DNA of 8,114 nucleotides from a virus (taxonomy: Duplodnaviria; Heunggongvirae; Uroviricota; Caudoviricetes), in IMG/VR virus record IMGVR_UViG_2548876863_000018. One strand, written 5' to 3'. Made by a program: the position numbers and the translations under genes. The notes under the pieces are model-generated. The model was not told the origin of the DNA. It worked only from the letters and a program-made list of their open reading frames with translations, and searched no databases. Positions 6,956 to 8,114 of this stretch are shown piece by piece (the first letter of the stretch is position 1; every line of letters begins with the position of its first letter).

Positions 6956-7528
6956 ATGGAAAGCACAGCCTTACAGCAGGCCTTTGACACCTGTCAGAAT
7001 AACAAAGCAGCATGGCTGCAACGCAAAAATGAGCTGGCAGCGGCCGAACAGGAATATCTGCGGCTTCAGTCAGGAGAAGGCAGAAACGTCAGTCGCCTGG
7101 ACGAATTACGCAATATTATCGAAGTCAGAAAATGGCAGGTGAATCAGGCCGCCGGTCGTTATATTCGTTCGCATGAAGCCGTTCAGCACATCAGCATCCG
7201 CGACCGGCTGAATGATTTTATGCAGCAGCACGGCACAGCACTGGCGGCGGCACTGGCACCGGAGCTGATGGGCTACAGTGAGCTGACGGCCATTGCCCGA
7301 AACTGTGCCATACAGCGTGCCACAGATGCCCTGCGTGAAGCCCTCCTGTCCTGGCTTGCGAAGGGTGAAAAAATTAATTATTCCGCACAGGATAGCGACA
7401 TTTTAACGACCATCGGATTCAGGCCTGACGCGGCTTCGGTGGATGACAGCCGTGAAAAATTCACCCCTGCGCAGAACATGATTTTTTCGCGTAAAAGTGC
7501 GCAACTGGCATCACATCAGTCTGTGTAA
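6956..7528 (+). CDS. psu: Psu polarity-suppression protein (Rho antagonist and capsid decoration), 190 aa
   Basis: 190-aa ORF third in the sid-delta-psu operon; begins MESTALQQAFDTCQNNKAAWLQRKNELAAAEQEY; size and position match P4 psu. Confidence 0.9.
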   Translation: MESTALQQAFDTCQNNKAAWLQRKNELAAAEQEYLRLQSGEGRNVSRLDELRNIIEVRKWQVNQAAGRYIRSHEAVQHISIRDRLNDFMQQHGTALAAALAPELMGYSELTAIARNCAIQRATDALREALLSWLAKGEKINYSAQDSDILTTIGFRPDAASVDDSREKFTPAQNMIFSRKSAQLASHQSV

Positions 7529-7563
7529 AATTCCCCGAAAATCCGCCCGTTTTTACTGAAAAA

Positions 7564-7604
7564 AGCCATGCATCGATAAGGTGCATGGCTTTGCATGCGT
7601 TTTC
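7564..7604 (+). terminator. Hairpin downstream of psu (agccatgca / tgcatggct stem), possible late-operon terminator
   Basis: 9-bp perfect stem at 7564-7572 / 7582-7590 with a 9-nt loop; the T-tract after it is interrupted (ttgcatgcgttttcc), so terminator function is uncertain. Confidence 0.35.
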
Positions 7605-7692
7605 CTGCCTCATTTTCTGCAGACCGCACCATTCCCGGCGCGGTCTGAGCGTGTCAGTGCAACTGCATTAAAACCGCCCCGCAAAGCGGGCG

Positions 7693-7711
7693 GGCGAGGC
7701 GGGGAAAGCAC
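7693..7711. other. cos: cos cohesive-end sequence of P2/P4 type (GGCGAGGCGGGGAAAGCAC)
   Basis: Exact 19-nt match to the P2/P4 cohesive-end sequence as I recall it, in the expected place after psu; GC-rich hairpin (7620-7647) immediately upstream. Confidence 0.8.
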
Positions 7712-7817
7712 TGCGCGCGATGTATCATAAAAATGTCTTTTAGAATTATCACAAATCTCATTCAGCTTTAAAATTCATTTTCAAGATGTAGATCTGTGCT
7801 TTATATGAACGTAATAT

Positions 7818-8090
7818 ATGAACATTAACGACTTATTTTTCCACATGGAGCAAAGTGAAGTGGCGATTGTTGAATTGCATTTTGATGGCGATATTGCACC
7901 TGATCACCAAGTATCCCTGAGAACTCTTTCTAAAAGCCTAGGCCATTTGCAAAGTGCCTTAGATCGGGCTTATCTTGACATCAGACATGGTAATCTTTGG
8001 AAATATGCAAAGATGCATCATGACTACTATAAAGATGTTGAACTGTTGGTACAGCCCCCTAGGGAAGGTGCGAACAAGTTCCTGATATGA
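7818..8090 (+). CDS. Hypothetical 90-aa protein, first gene of the AT-rich cargo after cos; function unknown
   Basis: Complete ORF in a region whose base composition is visibly more AT-rich than the rest of the window; no clear Shine-Dalgarno; its stop overlaps a downstream ATG (ATGA at 8087-8090) that opens a reading frame continuing past the window end. Confidence 0.55.
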   Translation: MNINDLFFHMEQSEVAIVELHFDGDIAPDHQVSLRTLSKSLGHLQSALDRAYLDIRHGNLWKYAKMHHDYYKDVELLVQPPREGANKFLI

Positions 8091-8114
8091 GATCATCATA
8101 TTCATCCGGAGCGC

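Overview
This window reads as the core of a P4-type satellite phage (phage-plasmid), either P4 itself or a very close relative; it is a well-described system, not a new one. On the minus strand, right to left: a late promoter (PLL-like), vis/alpA-like HTH gene, nested eta/kil ORFs spanning a PLE-like promoter and an antisense-RNA immunity leader (seqA / cI-seqB / seqC), three small coupled ORFs (epsilon-like 95 aa, 151 aa, 106 aa), the 777-aa alpha primase-helicase, a terminator, and the crr iteron repeats. On the plus strand: ori-like iterons, a Psid-like late promoter, then sid, delta and psu, a hairpin, and an exact 19-nt P2/P4 cos cohesive-end sequence. Immediately after cos the sequence becomes visibly AT-rich and encodes a 90-aa unknown protein, with a second ORF apparently coupled to it and running off the window. 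That truncated cargo at the known P4 accessory/defense hotspot is the only candidate for something undescribed, and I cannot confirm it is novel from sequence alone. All protein identifications are from recalled P4 sizes, gene order and visible motifs, not from any search.
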